NCBI GenBank assembly: GCA_963728405.1
Contig: CAVSJV010000005.1
Coordinates: 1-64,000 of the forward strand
From: Methanomassiliicoccaceae archaeon
GTDB taxonomy: Archaea > Thermoplasmatota > Thermoplasmata > Methanomassiliicoccales > Methanomassiliicoccaceae
Direction: 5' to 3'
DNA length: 64,000 nucleotides
Positions 1-9,306 of this stretch are shown in pieces; the stretch's first letter is position 1; each line of letters begins with the position of its first letter. Position numbers and translations under genes: made by a program. Under the pieces are notes generated by a model that did not search any database, was not told the DNA's origin, and worked only from the letters and a program-made list of their open reading frames with translations.

Positions 1-751
1 AACAGATAGTCAATTCAGCATTGGCATGCATCAATGCTATCTGGCAGAATGTGATCTCCTTTGGGCTTGGAATGATTGAGGCAATAAAGACAAGTTCCCA
101 GGCCAACATGGGTTCGAGCTTGACCAATTACATCGGCTCGAATCCAATAGTTGTCATGTTATTGGCAATGGCCGCAATATTGAACTTGGTAACGTTACTG
201 ATATGCCCAGTAATCATGATGTGTAGCTTCATCATTGGTTTAGTTGCACCTATGATAATTTCTGCAATAATTGGTAGCATTACACCACAGCCCTCCGACT
301 CAATAACACAGCAAGCATCGTCAGATGAAGAAAACCTTGCCAGTAATTGCAATGATGCTATATCTGCTCAATATTGCTCCCAATTCCTTAGTCAGGATAG
401 AGCAATCGTGTCGATCCAGACTATGGAGCTGCGATTTCGACGATCGCATTCGCACTTTGGGTATATGGCTATTCGAGGAGCTTTGTGAGAGATGGTATCT
501 CTTTGATGTACTCAATATTGGCTCTAGCAATGAAACAAATTTACAATAGTGAACAGAGCGGTACACCTGAAAAATCATATGCATTAATTTTGATGGTGAC
601 AGCTGCGTCCATGTCTCCATTTCTAGCTTTCCAATCGATCATTGAGCAAGGATTCTCCATATACCGGGCAATCGTCACAATTGTCGCGGGTTGCTCATTG
701 CTCTATGTTTATACTTCAGCACTAGATAATATCGCAAATCACCAGGTGTAA
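1..751 (+). CDS. C-terminal part of a hydrophobic multi-TM protein (cassette 1 of putative polymorphic toxin array); 5'-truncated by window edge, frameshift near 400
   Basis: Frame of ORF 21..488 is open to the window start. After ~400 the hydrophobic reading continues in the frame of 485..751 (DPDYGAAISTIAFALWVYGY...). Segment SSLTNYIG..VVMLL..SFIIGL parallels SNLTNAILG..WVLV..GFLISL of 1430..2254. AT-rich. Confidence 0.5.
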
Positions 752-754
752 CTA

Positions 755-1216
755 ATGGCTAAAAACAGCGGAAATCAGGATCCAGTGACAAACTGGTATG
801 CAAACCCAGTACAGACGAGTCACATTATTCTGATGTCATTAATAGCAATAATCTTCTTAGCCGCTTCAGCAATAGTGGTCCTATCATATGGATTACTGGG
901 CATTCCACTTTTTCTTATATTTCTTTGCACCGCCGGCGCAGCGACAGTACACATAATTAGACTCGAAACGAAAATCAAACCTCGTTTCGTTGCTGTATCC
1001 GAAGATGGTATCTTATTCCGTTATAAAGACGGTTCAGAGAAACTTCATTGCTGGGAGAATATCCAGGAATTAACAATAACACCTCAAGACATAGGTCAAA
1101 AAAAGTTAGGTATGATAAAACTATTCGATTCTCGCTACAAGATACCAATTCCCTATGATGTCTTCGAGGAAGCAATAGTGGTCAGAAAAAAAACGGAGTT
1201 ATCGAGAACCCCTTGA
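755..1216 (+). CDS. Small membrane protein, 2 TM helices plus PH-like beta domain (candidate immunity protein 1)
   Basis: Starts 3 nt after the upstream stop. Two TM segments, then KPRFVAVSEDGILFRY...HCWENIQEL, matching the pattern in 2247..2789. Confidence 0.65.
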   Translation: MAKNSGNQDPVTNWYANPVQTSHIILMSLIAIIFLAASAIVVLSYGLLGIPLFLIFLCTAGAATVHIIRLETKIKPRFVAVSEDGILFRYKDGSEKLHCWENIQELTITPQDIGQKKLGMIKLFDSRYKIPIPYDVFEEAIVVRKKTELSRTP

Positions 1217-1429
1217 ATCCAATTTCAGTAGTTTGTAAGTTCCCACATTCAGGAGAATAAATTGTCAGATGAATGGGTAATTCATATCCATGAGCCGAAC
1301 TACCTATGTGTCGAGGCGGTCTTCGAGTTCGTGTTCAACTGCCTGGTGTCGTTCGCCACGGGACTGTACAACTTCGCTGCGATTTTGCTTCAGGCGGGCA
1401 TTAACCTCGTCTGCGGATAATACAGCGCA

Positions 1430-2254
1430 GTGACGACGGTCGTCAACAAGATCGTCGATGCGTTCAACGCGTTCGTGCAGTGGGCGATCGAGTTCATTCA
1501 AGACACAATCGATGCAACTATCGGTCCGGTGATCGATACGATCACCAACGCCATTGGTAACTATATCGGTAAAATCGCATCAGCCGCGATGGCGGCCGAA
1601 TCAGAGTATAAGAGCACTGGGTATGTGTCCTCCAGTACAATTTCCAACCTTACCAACGCAATCCTCGGAGATATTTTCTGGGTTTTGGTCGGAGCGGTGA
1701 CTGCAGTTTCAATCGCGATCATCGCAATCCAATTGGGAACGATGGGCTTCGGGTTCTTAATCTCACTTGCAATGGAGAATATCGCGTCGATTCTGATCGT
1801 GACCGCCATCGGCGCCGCAATGGCAACGATGGCCTATACCGGGATTGGGGCAAACATAGCTGATTGGTTGATTGACCTCATTGCAGGTGAGGGCGGCAAC
1901 GTCTCTGCCGGCAGCATGGTGAGTTGGGGAGTAGATCTCTCCTGTGGCATTCTGGACACCATATTTTCGGCAGCCCAAATGATGTATATTTCGGGAGCGT
2001 GCAAAGGTCTAGTGATAGGACTTCTTAGTCTGGTCATTAGCACATTCGGAGCTGCCTTTAACTCACTACTTCTTGACGTAATCGGACTGGCCTTAGGTGC
2101 ATACTCGCTTTATGAAGTGTATAAAAACAAGGCCAGCTTGGTGACATTACCGGACCCATCTGCATCAGAAATAAATATGCTATCGGGCATTGTTACAGGT
2201 TCTAGCCTTTTCTTTGGACTAGGTAACCTCCTGTATGAGGGATTAGATGACTGA
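1430..2254 (+). CDS. Hydrophobic helical C-terminal module (cassette 2; orphan, no convincing own start)
   Basis: Begins with shared box IVDAFNAFVQWAI. An upstream in-frame remnant (..QAGINLVCG*) is cut by TAA at 1418-1420. Several Gly/Ala-rich hydrophobic helices follow. Confidence 0.55.
   Translation: MTTVVNKIVDAFNAFVQWAIEFIQDTIDATIGPVIDTITNAIGNYIGKIASAAMAAESEYKSTGYVSSSTISNLTNAILGDIFWVLVGAVTAVSIAIIAIQLGTMGFGFLISLAMENIASILIVTAIGAAMATMAYTGIGANIADWLIDLIAGEGGNVSAGSMVSWGVDLSCGILDTIFSAAQMMYISGACKGLVIGLLSLVISTFGAAFNSLLLDVIGLALGAYSLYEVYKNKASLVTLPDPSASEINMLSGIVTGSSLFFGLGNLLYEGLDD
1450..1488 (+). repeat. 39-bp cassette homology box, copy 1 (encodes IVDAFNAFVQWAI)
   Basis: gatcgtcgatgcgttcaacgcgttcgtgcagtgggcgat matches 3193..3231 at 37/39 nt; both changes are synonymous. 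Confidence 0.9.
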
Positions 2255-2789
2255 AGTAAGTAATGCCATGGACAATCCCGTCGATATGAAGAACATACGA
2301 CTAATGGTGCTCGGTACCACAGCGGTCACGACTTTCGCTCTAGTCTTCTTCCTGCTCCGGGGGTTCCAGCATTGGACCGTGACCACGGTATTGCTTGCAA
2401 TTGGCATTACAATGATCGGCGCCTCAGTGCCATTCTATCTTGGATGGGATAAGGAATACTGGAGGCGACCGTATTCCGTAACGATCGGCGAGGATGGTGT
2501 GACGTGCTACCTCCGGTACGGGAGGAAGCCAAGAATGGTCGAATGGAACAGCATCATGAGCCTAACAGCTCCTGCCGGCGATCCGGCAAAGCTGACAAAT
2601 TACTTTAGCCAAGATGGTTTTCTGACCGTCCGGAACAATAGGAAAAGAAGCGGGTGGGACCAGTTCGTGCTTCACTGGCCCATTGCCGTAGCGGCCAGGG
2701 AGAAGTACAAGGAGAAGATGGGGCGATATCCTTTGATGTTCCCATGGGAGGATCCCGATTTTAAAGGGCCACGGCCGAAGGTACGATGA
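2247..2789 (+). CDS. Small membrane protein, 2 TM helices plus PH-like beta domain (candidate immunity protein 2)
   Basis: Overlaps the stop of 1430..2254. Two TM segments, then RPYSVTIGEDGVTCYLRY...VEWNSIMSL, paralleling 755..1216. Confidence 0.65.
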   Translation: MTEVSNAMDNPVDMKNIRLMVLGTTAVTTFALVFFLLRGFQHWTVTTVLLAIGITMIGASVPFYLGWDKEYWRRPYSVTIGEDGVTCYLRYGRKPRMVEWNSIMSLTAPAGDPAKLTNYFSQDGFLTVRNNRKRSGWDQFVLHWPIAVAAREKYKEKMGRYPLMFPWEDPDFKGPRPKVR

Positions 2790-2926
2790 AATGGGAAGCG
2801 TCCCCATCATGCGTTCATCGCTAGATAGTAAGGGTTCGATGGTCTTCGGCGGCATACGGTTTTTAGCTCGTCCTCGAGCATACGCTCGGCCAGGGGGAGC
2901 TGAGAACGGTCGATTGCCAAACCGAG

Positions 2927-3283
2927 GTGGGCAGCTCGAACGCGGCCAGCGTCGCTTATTTGAAACCAGGACGTGCATCGAGTTCCCTGTTCGGCAGCGC
3001 ACCGCAGTGGAGGAACCCCTTGACCCACCTGTGGGAGACCTTCGCGACACTGGCGAACTCGGTGCTCGATGTGGTCATGAGAGTTATCAACTTCCTTTGC
3101 GGCTTGGTAGACACCATAATCGATCTCGGCATGTGGATCATGGGCACCCTGGGCAGCACCATCGCCTCGACCGTCAGCGCCGTGGTTCACACGATCGTCG
3201 ACGCGTTCAACGCGTTCGTGCAATGGGCGATACAAACAATACAGATTCACGACGATTATGAGAATAAAAAGATACCCCGCTAA
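2927..3283 (+). pseudogene. Truncated cassette 3: conserved arm only, no variable C-terminus
   Basis: WRNPLTHLW...VINFLCG...IVDAFNAFVQWAI; similarity to cassette 2 stops right after the shared box. Confidence 0.6.
3193..3231 (+). repeat. 39-bp cassette homology box, copy 2
   Basis: 37/39 identity to 1450..1488. Confidence 0.9.
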
Positions 3284-3293
3284 AGGGGTAATA

Positions 3294-3388
3294 GGTTTGT
3301 CAAGCTGGCTTCGCGTAACACCGAAATAATTGAATTTCGATTTTCATCATCTGGCTAAAGCGATGTGTGGTCCCGGCTGAGCCCACTC
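3294..3388 (+). repeat. 95-bp dispersed non-coding direct repeat, copy 1
   Basis: Gapless alignment to 7180..7274, 76/95 identical by hand count (ggtttgtcaagctggc...gagcccactc). Confidence 0.85.
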
Positions 3389-3934
3389 TTCTTCTCACCC
3401 ATATCCACTCATCGTGTAAACAAATCTTCTACTCCAACCTTATACTGGCTAAGATCATTTAAAAAATGCATTGGAATCAATTTGGTAACGTCTGGACTTC
3501 ACGAGGTTTGGTCTCGCCTTAGGGCGCTAAGGTCCGGTATCGGTATGATACCGGATAAAATGTGTATGGTCATCTTGCTGCGTCAAATGAAACCTCCCGC
3601 CTCCTTTTCTCCCCAATCCCGAATTAAATTCCGTTTTGCATTGCCCTTATTCCTGATTTTCATCTTTCTCCGCAAGGGGCCTCAGCATATCTCTGATGCT
3701 CCGCCAGTGCACGCGTCCGAAAGCCAAACATCCTCATTTGACCCAGGAGGGTCGTCTGTCCGCATTGAGGGGCGTGGCAGAAGATGATGATTGGTTATTC
3801 GAGATGAGAAGGGCGAACGCTGCCAACATTGCGAAGAATGGGTCATTTGGAAGCAGTGATGCTTGCCAAATAAGGCGAGGATGGCGCTCGAGGAACATGG
3901 TCAGAAGGATTAATTGCATCTTCGGAGATATTGA

Positions 3935-4002
3935 CCAATGCTGGCGTATTATGGTCGGTCATTCGTGGTGATGGCCACAATCGCCATAACGAGGTTGATC
4001 AC
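3935..4002 (+). repeat. Duplicated, potentially structured leader upstream of small beta-protein paralog 1
   Basis: ccaatg.tggcgta...tggtcggtcattcgtggtga.ggc...caatcgccata.cga.gttgatcac is repeated at 4361..4431. Confidence 0.8.
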
Positions 4003-4018
4003 ACGATTGCGTTCATAG

Positions 4019-4288
4019 GTGGCGGAAATAATGACAAAAGCCAAGTTCGAGATAGGCGAGAATGAAAAGCACACGCTTACAGTAGAACGGGACTATATGA
4101 TGAAGAAAGACATCATCGAGCTGGACGGAGAGAAACTGACCGATGAATTTACCATCTGGCCCGGGGCGAGGAAATACTCTTTCGACATAGGAAGCTCTGA
4201 GGTGCACAAGGTCCAAGTCACCATGGGGAGGTTCTCGGCCCCGAAGGTGCTCGTGGACGGGAAGCCAGCACGGAGTTCGAGCACTTGA
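4019..4288 (+). CDS. Small all-beta hypothetical protein with internal two-fold repeat (paralog 1)
   Basis: AKFEIGENEKH...IIELDGEK...FDIGSSEVH...VDGK; clear paralog of 4460..4711. Start may be ATG 4031. Confidence 0.75.
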   Translation: MAEIMTKAKFEIGENEKHTLTVERDYMMKKDIIELDGEKLTDEFTIWPGARKYSFDIGSSEVHKVQVTMGRFSAPKVLVDGKPARSSST

Positions 4289-4360
4289 GACCGAGAATAT
4301 GGCGCTCTGAAGCGATGACACCATAGAATTGATCGAAACTGATCAATTCGAGGATATAGG

Positions 4361-4431
4361 CCAATGTTGGCGTAATGTGGTCGGTCATTCGTGGTGACGG
4401 CGACAGCAATCGCCATACCGAAGTTGATCAC
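4361..4431 (+). repeat. Duplicated leader upstream of small beta-protein paralog 2
   Basis: Second copy of 3935..4002. Confidence 0.8.
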
Positions 4432-4459
4432 GCTAAATGTGTTTGTAGGGGCGGTAGAA

Positions 4460-4711
4460 ATGGGAAAAGCCAAGTTTCAGATAGGCGAAAATGAAAAGCA
4501 TATCATCGTCGTTGATAACAGCATACTTTGGAAACGCATAATTATCGAATTGGATGGAGAGAAGGTGGTGAACGAGTCCCATTTTACACCACAGGGCAAG
4601 AAATTCGAGCTCGACGTGGGAAGTTCCGAGAAGCATCATGTGGAGATCAACGCTGGGGGCTTCTCGCATACCGAACTCTTTGTTGATGGCAAAGCCGTAC
4701 AAAAATCCTGA
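4460..4711 (+). CDS. Small all-beta hypothetical protein (paralog 2)
   Basis: ATG at 4460 aligns with the paralog start; MGKAKFQIGENEKH...LDVGSSEKH...VDGK. Confidence 0.75.
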   Translation: MGKAKFQIGENEKHIIVVDNSILWKRIIIELDGEKVVNESHFTPQGKKFELDVGSSEKHHVEINAGGFSHTELFVDGKAVQKS

Positions 4712-4737
4712 ACGTGCTTCGCTAAGGCTTTGATGGT

Positions 4738-5655
4738 ATGATCGACACTGAGAACTTGACCAAGAAGTTCGGCGACCTGATCGCCGTTGATGGTTTGAAT
4801 CTACATGTGAAGGAGGGTGAGGTCTTTGGTTTCCTCGGACCCAATGGCGCCGGGAAGACCACCACCGTCAGGATGCTCGCCTGCCTGATCTCAAAGACCA
4901 GCGGCGAGGCCAGGATCGGCGAGTACGAGGTCGGGAAAAAAGATGATCAGGTGAAGATCAGAAGAATGATCGGCCTGTCGCCGGAGAATGTCGGTCTATA
5001 TGAGGACCTGAGCGCCTACCAGAACCTGGACTTCTACGGACGGCTATACAAGCGAACCGAGGCGCAGAGGAAGGAGGACATCGAGTACTATCTCAAGCTT
5101 TTAGGCTTGTGGGAGAAAAAAGACCGTCCTGCCGGCTCGTTCTCCAAAGGCATGAAGCAGAAGCTGGCCATCTGCAGAGCGCTCATCCATGATCCGCAAG
5201 TCCTGTTCCTGGACGAGCCGACCGCCAACCTGGACCCTGAGGCGTCCAAGACGGTGCGGGACTTCATTCTGGATCTGAAGAAGGAGAAGAAGACCATCCT
5301 CCTGAACACTCACCATCTGGATGAAGCGGAGAAGATCTGCGACCGTGTGGGAATAATGAAGACCAAGCTGGTAGTGGTGGGGAAGCCTGAGGACCTCAGG
5401 GAGTCGCTGTGGGCTCGAAGGACCGTGGTCCATCTAGTTCAGGTCAACGATGCTATCCTCTCCGCGGTGAAGAAACTGGACGTTAAGAGCGTGGAGACCC
5501 TCAATAATCAGATAATTATCGGTGTTAACGATCCCGACAAGGAGAATCCGGATATCGTGGAAGAGGTGATAAAAGCAGGTGGCCGAGTTCAGTTCGTCAC
5601 CGAGATCAGGCCGTCTTTAGAAGACGTGTACCTAAAGCTGGTAAGGAGGGGATGA
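4738..5655 (+). CDS. ABC exporter ATP-binding protein (ABC-2/DrrA-like)
   Basis: Walker A GPNGAGKTT, signature FSKGMKQ, Walker B LFLDEPT, C-terminal SLEDVYL. Confidence 0.93.
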   Translation: MIDTENLTKKFGDLIAVDGLNLHVKEGEVFGFLGPNGAGKTTTVRMLACLISKTSGEARIGEYEVGKKDDQVKIRRMIGLSPENVGLYEDLSAYQNLDFYGRLYKRTEAQRKEDIEYYLKLLGLWEKKDRPAGSFSKGMKQKLAICRALIHDPQVLFLDEPTANLDPEASKTVRDFILDLKKEKKTILLNTHHLDEAEKICDRVGIMKTKLVVVGKPEDLRESLWARRTVVHLVQVNDAILSAVKKLDVKSVETLNNQIIIGVNDPDKENPDIVEEVIKAGGRVQFVTEIRPSLEDVYLKLVRRG

Positions 5656-5656
5656 A

Positions 5657-6392
5657 ATGGACTTAGAGATGGCTTGGATTATTGCCAGGAAGGACCTGGG
5701 CACGATCAGGAAAAAGAAGACCGTCCTTTATACGACATTCATACTTCCCGTGATCCTTTCCATCGCCCTGCCGGCGATCATGTGGTATGTGGAACAGCGC
5801 AGAGCCGTTCCGGACACCTACCTCGTGAACCTGTTGCACGCCTTCCCCTTCGTCTTTATCGCGATCGCTGGCTTCATTCCCGCCGGTATCGCATCCTATA
5901 GCATCGTGGGAGAGAAAGTGGAGAAGAGCCTGGAGCCTTTATTGTCAACGCCGGCGACCGACGGCGAGATACTGCTGGGCAAGAGCCTTGCCGCATTCAT
6001 ACCGGCGCTCATCGCCGCGTACATCGGCCTGGGGATCTTCATGGTCCTTGCCGATGCAGTAACGTTCGGCCAGCTCGGCTATCTGTACTTTCCGAACTCG
6101 ACCATGGCGATCATCATTCTCGTGGTCGTTCCTCTAGCGATTTTGATTAGCGTGGGATTCAACGTGATGGTGTCCTCCAAGGTCAGCGACGTGCGCACCG
6201 CCACCCAGCTCGGGGCCCTCGGCGTATTGCCGTTTGGTGTTATCTACCTGGCCTCCGAAATTGGGATCATTACGCTCGACACCAATGCCCTGCTCTACAT
6301 TTCCCTCGCTTTGCTGGTAGCAGCCGTGATCTTACTATATCTGAGCAAGGCCACGTTTCCGTAGAGAGGAGATACTAACGAAGTGGAAGTGA
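5657..6392 (+). CDS. ABC-2 type permease (frameshift near 6360)
   Basis: IARKDL, SIVGEKVEKSLEPLLSTP, EILLGK motifs, about 6 TM. The typical ending FRREEILTKWK* lies in the shifted frame ending at 6392. Confidence 0.88.
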
Positions 6393-7179
6393 AGGAAGTG
6401 CCTCAACTAGCACAGGGACCGCTTTTACGTGAAAATCGGCTCGCCGATGGTGAGGGTTAGCCATGATGGAAGAGATGCTTAGGTCAGCACCCGACAGATC
6501 ATTCCGAGGATGCTTCTCTTCCTCATCTTCCTTATTATCGCCTGGGACCTTCGGATCGATGGGGTGCTAGCAGTTGTCGTAGTCACACTATGTGCATTTG
6601 GGGATTTGTTCGCAAAGGTTGTGATCCGGCCGATTAGGTCGTTCTAGAACAATCGTCTCCCTATAACTATCTCCTCGCAGTCAAGAAGGAATGTGTAGAA
6701 CGAAAATGAGCAAGGCCATGAAGAAAGGGCAGTACACCAACGCCGACTTCGTTGAGAAAGCGGACGCATGAAAAAAGGAAGGCCTTCCCGTCGAGAATAT
6801 AACCTCCTCAAAAGGAAAGAGCTGCCAAGACCAGAACGAAGAACACAGACACAAAGAATGGCCAGGTCAATATGTCTTTTCGCCTTCGTCGCACCTCGAT
6901 CATCTGTATTTCGGCGAGGTCGAAGACGTAGCCGCAACAAGAACAGTTGGGGCATCGCATGGGCAGGCCGGCGAAGGGAGATCAGGTATCCAGATGAAAA
7001 GAATGTTCATGTTCATTGCGGGCGATAAACAAAATCAACCAGGTTGAGAGAGAGTGGTTGGTCACGCCCGACCTCTTCCCATTCGACAAGACGCTTTCGG
7101 CCACATCCTCCGACTGACAATGAACGGAAAAGCTCCCTGTTTCAGTGAGCTGAAAGAAAAAGTAAAAAATAAATTAAAT

Positions 7180-7274
7180 GGTTTGTCAAGCTGGCCCCGC
7201 TCAATATCGAATGAATTGAATTTCATTATTTATCATCTGGCTCAAGTGATGAGTGGGCTCAGCCGAGCCCACTC
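7180..7274 (+). repeat. 95-bp dispersed direct repeat, copy 2, ending in a perfect 10-bp hairpin
   Basis: Matches 3294..3388; gagtgggctc-agcc-gagcccactc at 7251..7274. Confidence 0.85.
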
Positions 7275-7593
7275 AACCCCTTATCCCGACTTCCCCCGGG
7301 GTTCGAGACAAGAAAGGCCCATTTCCTGGCGTCCAGGTCTCGTAACGATGCTTGCTGCAGCTCTCCCGGCCTTAATCGAAGGGAGGTGAGCATGGCCGTC
7401 GCGAAGCGACAGACCCCGCCCCCATCCTTCGATGTCTTTGGACCAAATGTCCGTCGCACCGGCATTCGAAAGAAATTCGGCTCTATCTGATACTGTTCTC
7501 CTCATTTTCCAAGCGTGGCCGCATAGATCGGCCGACCCACCTATGGGTGGCAGAGGGGGGCCTTCAATCGGATCATTGGAAGTATACGAGAGC

Positions 7594-9009
7594 TCATTTT
7601 CCTTCCTTGGCCTCTATCCGGCCGCTATTCACCGCCTCCAGTAGGGCCTGGTAATCCAGCAGGTTCTGCTTGGCGTATTGCTGCGCGAACGAAGCTAGGG
7701 CTTTGTCGAAAGCCTCCCTTTTCCCCAGATAGCCAGCGATCATAGCCGGGTCGCCGGACCGGGCATGGGCCTTGGCCAGAGTACCCCCGCACAGCCGTGC
7801 GTATCTGAACAGGAGCTCAAAGTCGGTGTTCAGATAATTGATAGAATATTTCATGTCCTTCAGCTGGCGGACATAATATTGATGCCCATCGATGGTCAGC
7901 CAGCCTAGGAAGATGTCACTGGAGGTTTGAATGATCCGTTGGCCGACCACGACCCTTTGCCCCTGATTCACATATTCGCTTTTACCGGCGTAGAGCTCGA
8001 GCACGGAGGGCCCCGCCTCCTTGAGCTGGAGGAGCAGAGGGTCGTTCACCTCGGCGAGCATGAGGGCAAGGCCGCACCTCGTTCCCACGCTCCCCACGCC
8101 CACGACCTTCATGGCAAAATCCTCGAAGTGATAGCGGTCCAGAAGGATACGCCGTTCCGGTCCCAGGGTTTCCCGATATTTTCTCAGAATCTCTTGGATC
8201 TCCGGCCAACCCTTCCTCTCCTCCTGATGAAAGATGAGGGGCGGGTCATCGACGATGCGCCTATGTCCCTCCACCTCGTCGGTGATTTTTGGATACACGT
8301 AAGAGGCCACGTGTTTCTGGGCTTCCCGGGCTGCCGTTCCGATCATCCTTTTACCCATGACGTTCTTGGCCCGTGAAATGAGCATATCGGTGCTCAGTTG
8401 CATGTACCACATGTCCAGAGCATTCATCCTGGACAGCTCAAGCATTATCTCTCGATAGGACTGGATGCCCAATGAGACGACGTTGAGGCATTGACGCTCC
8501 GTCAACTTGCTATTTTGACCGGCCACAAATAGGCTGGCCGCCAATCTCTTAAGGTCCCATTCGAACGGCGCTGGCAAGGTCTCGTCGAAATCGTTGATGT
8601 CGAAGACGATATTCCGTTCGGGCGTGGCGAAGAATCCGAAGTTACCAAGGTGACAGTCCCCACATGCCTGCACCCGCAATCCGGTCGAGCTGGTGAAAGA
8701 AAGATCGTAGGCCATCATGGCCGCCGCCCCTCGGAGATAGCTGAGCGGACTTTGCATCATGCGGCCATGGCGGATGGGAAGGAGTTCGGGCAATCGATCC
8801 CTTTCGGTCTCCAGTAAGACCTCTACCGGGTCCCGACGGTCGGAAGATGGTTCCCAGACGGCATGAGCACTTCTGGGAACCTTTTCACGAAGCTCCTTAC
8901 CCAACTGCATGCGTTGTGCGACCGTAGCGAACTCCGGTTTAGTGATCGCAATGGTCTCCTCCCGAACTTCGACCTCTCTCTTGAGCGTCTTCATCGCGGA
9001 TGTGGCCAA
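7594..9009 (-). CDS. DUF2252 family protein (kinase-like)
   Basis: RHGRMMQSP..YLRGAA, CGDCHLGNFG, FDINDFDET..PFEWDLKRL, KVVGVGSVG, LAKAHARSGD. Confidence 0.88.
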   Translation of the reverse strand: MATSAMKTLKREVEVREETIAITKPEFATVAQRMQLGKELREKVPRSAHAVWEPSSDRRDPVEVLLETERDRLPELLPIRHGRMMQSPLSYLRGAAAMMAYDLSFTSSTGLRVQACGDCHLGNFGFFATPERNIVFDINDFDETLPAPFEWDLKRLAASLFVAGQNSKLTERQCLNVVSLGIQSYREIMLELSRMNALDMWYMQLSTDMLISRAKNVMGKRMIGTAAREAQKHVASYVYPKITDEVEGHRRIVDDPPLIFHQEERKGWPEIQEILRKYRETLGPERRILLDRYHFEDFAMKVVGVGSVGTRCGLALMLAEVNDPLLLQLKEAGPSVLELYAGKSEYVNQGQRVVVGQRIIQTSSDIFLGWLTIDGHQYYVRQLKDMKYSINYLNTDFELLFRYARLCGGTLAKAHARSGDPAMIAGYLGKREAFDKALASFAQQYAKQNLLDYQALLEAVNSGRIEAKEGK

Positions 9010-9306
9010 TTCCTTCCACCTCGAATCTATCTATGCTTCCATTGCACAACGTAGGGTAAATAGAACGTCTTTCGGGCCTCGAAGGTCGCATGGCAGGGGC
9101 CTGGTGGCGTGCTAAACGGCGCAATAGCATCCTCCCGATCATGAGCAATGGTCCATACTATGCTTCAACGGCCCGATGATCACCGCGGCCGAGGGCAATA
9201 TTTTCGGAACGGCCGCTCAAAGGAGCGAACAGGCGCGTTGCATCCTGGATGCAACCGATCCCCATCGGGGCCGGTCTTAGGAGCATGCACACCTTTTCAT
9301 CTTCTA

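Noticed and set aside
6359-6392. Pyrrolysine read-through of the TAG in the ABC permease
   Set aside because: The expected C-terminus lies in a different frame, so an indel explains it better. No convincing in-frame amber was found in any intact gene.
6460-7020. Small membrane and zinc-ribbon-like fragments (IIPRMLLFLIFL on plus; CPNCSCCGYVF on minus)
   Set aside because: Broken by stops and frameshifts; too degraded to call.
3294-7274. 95-bp repeats or the 70-nt leaders as integron attC sites
   Set aside because: No clear RYYYAAC...GTTRRRY boxes at the ends and no integron integrase in the window.
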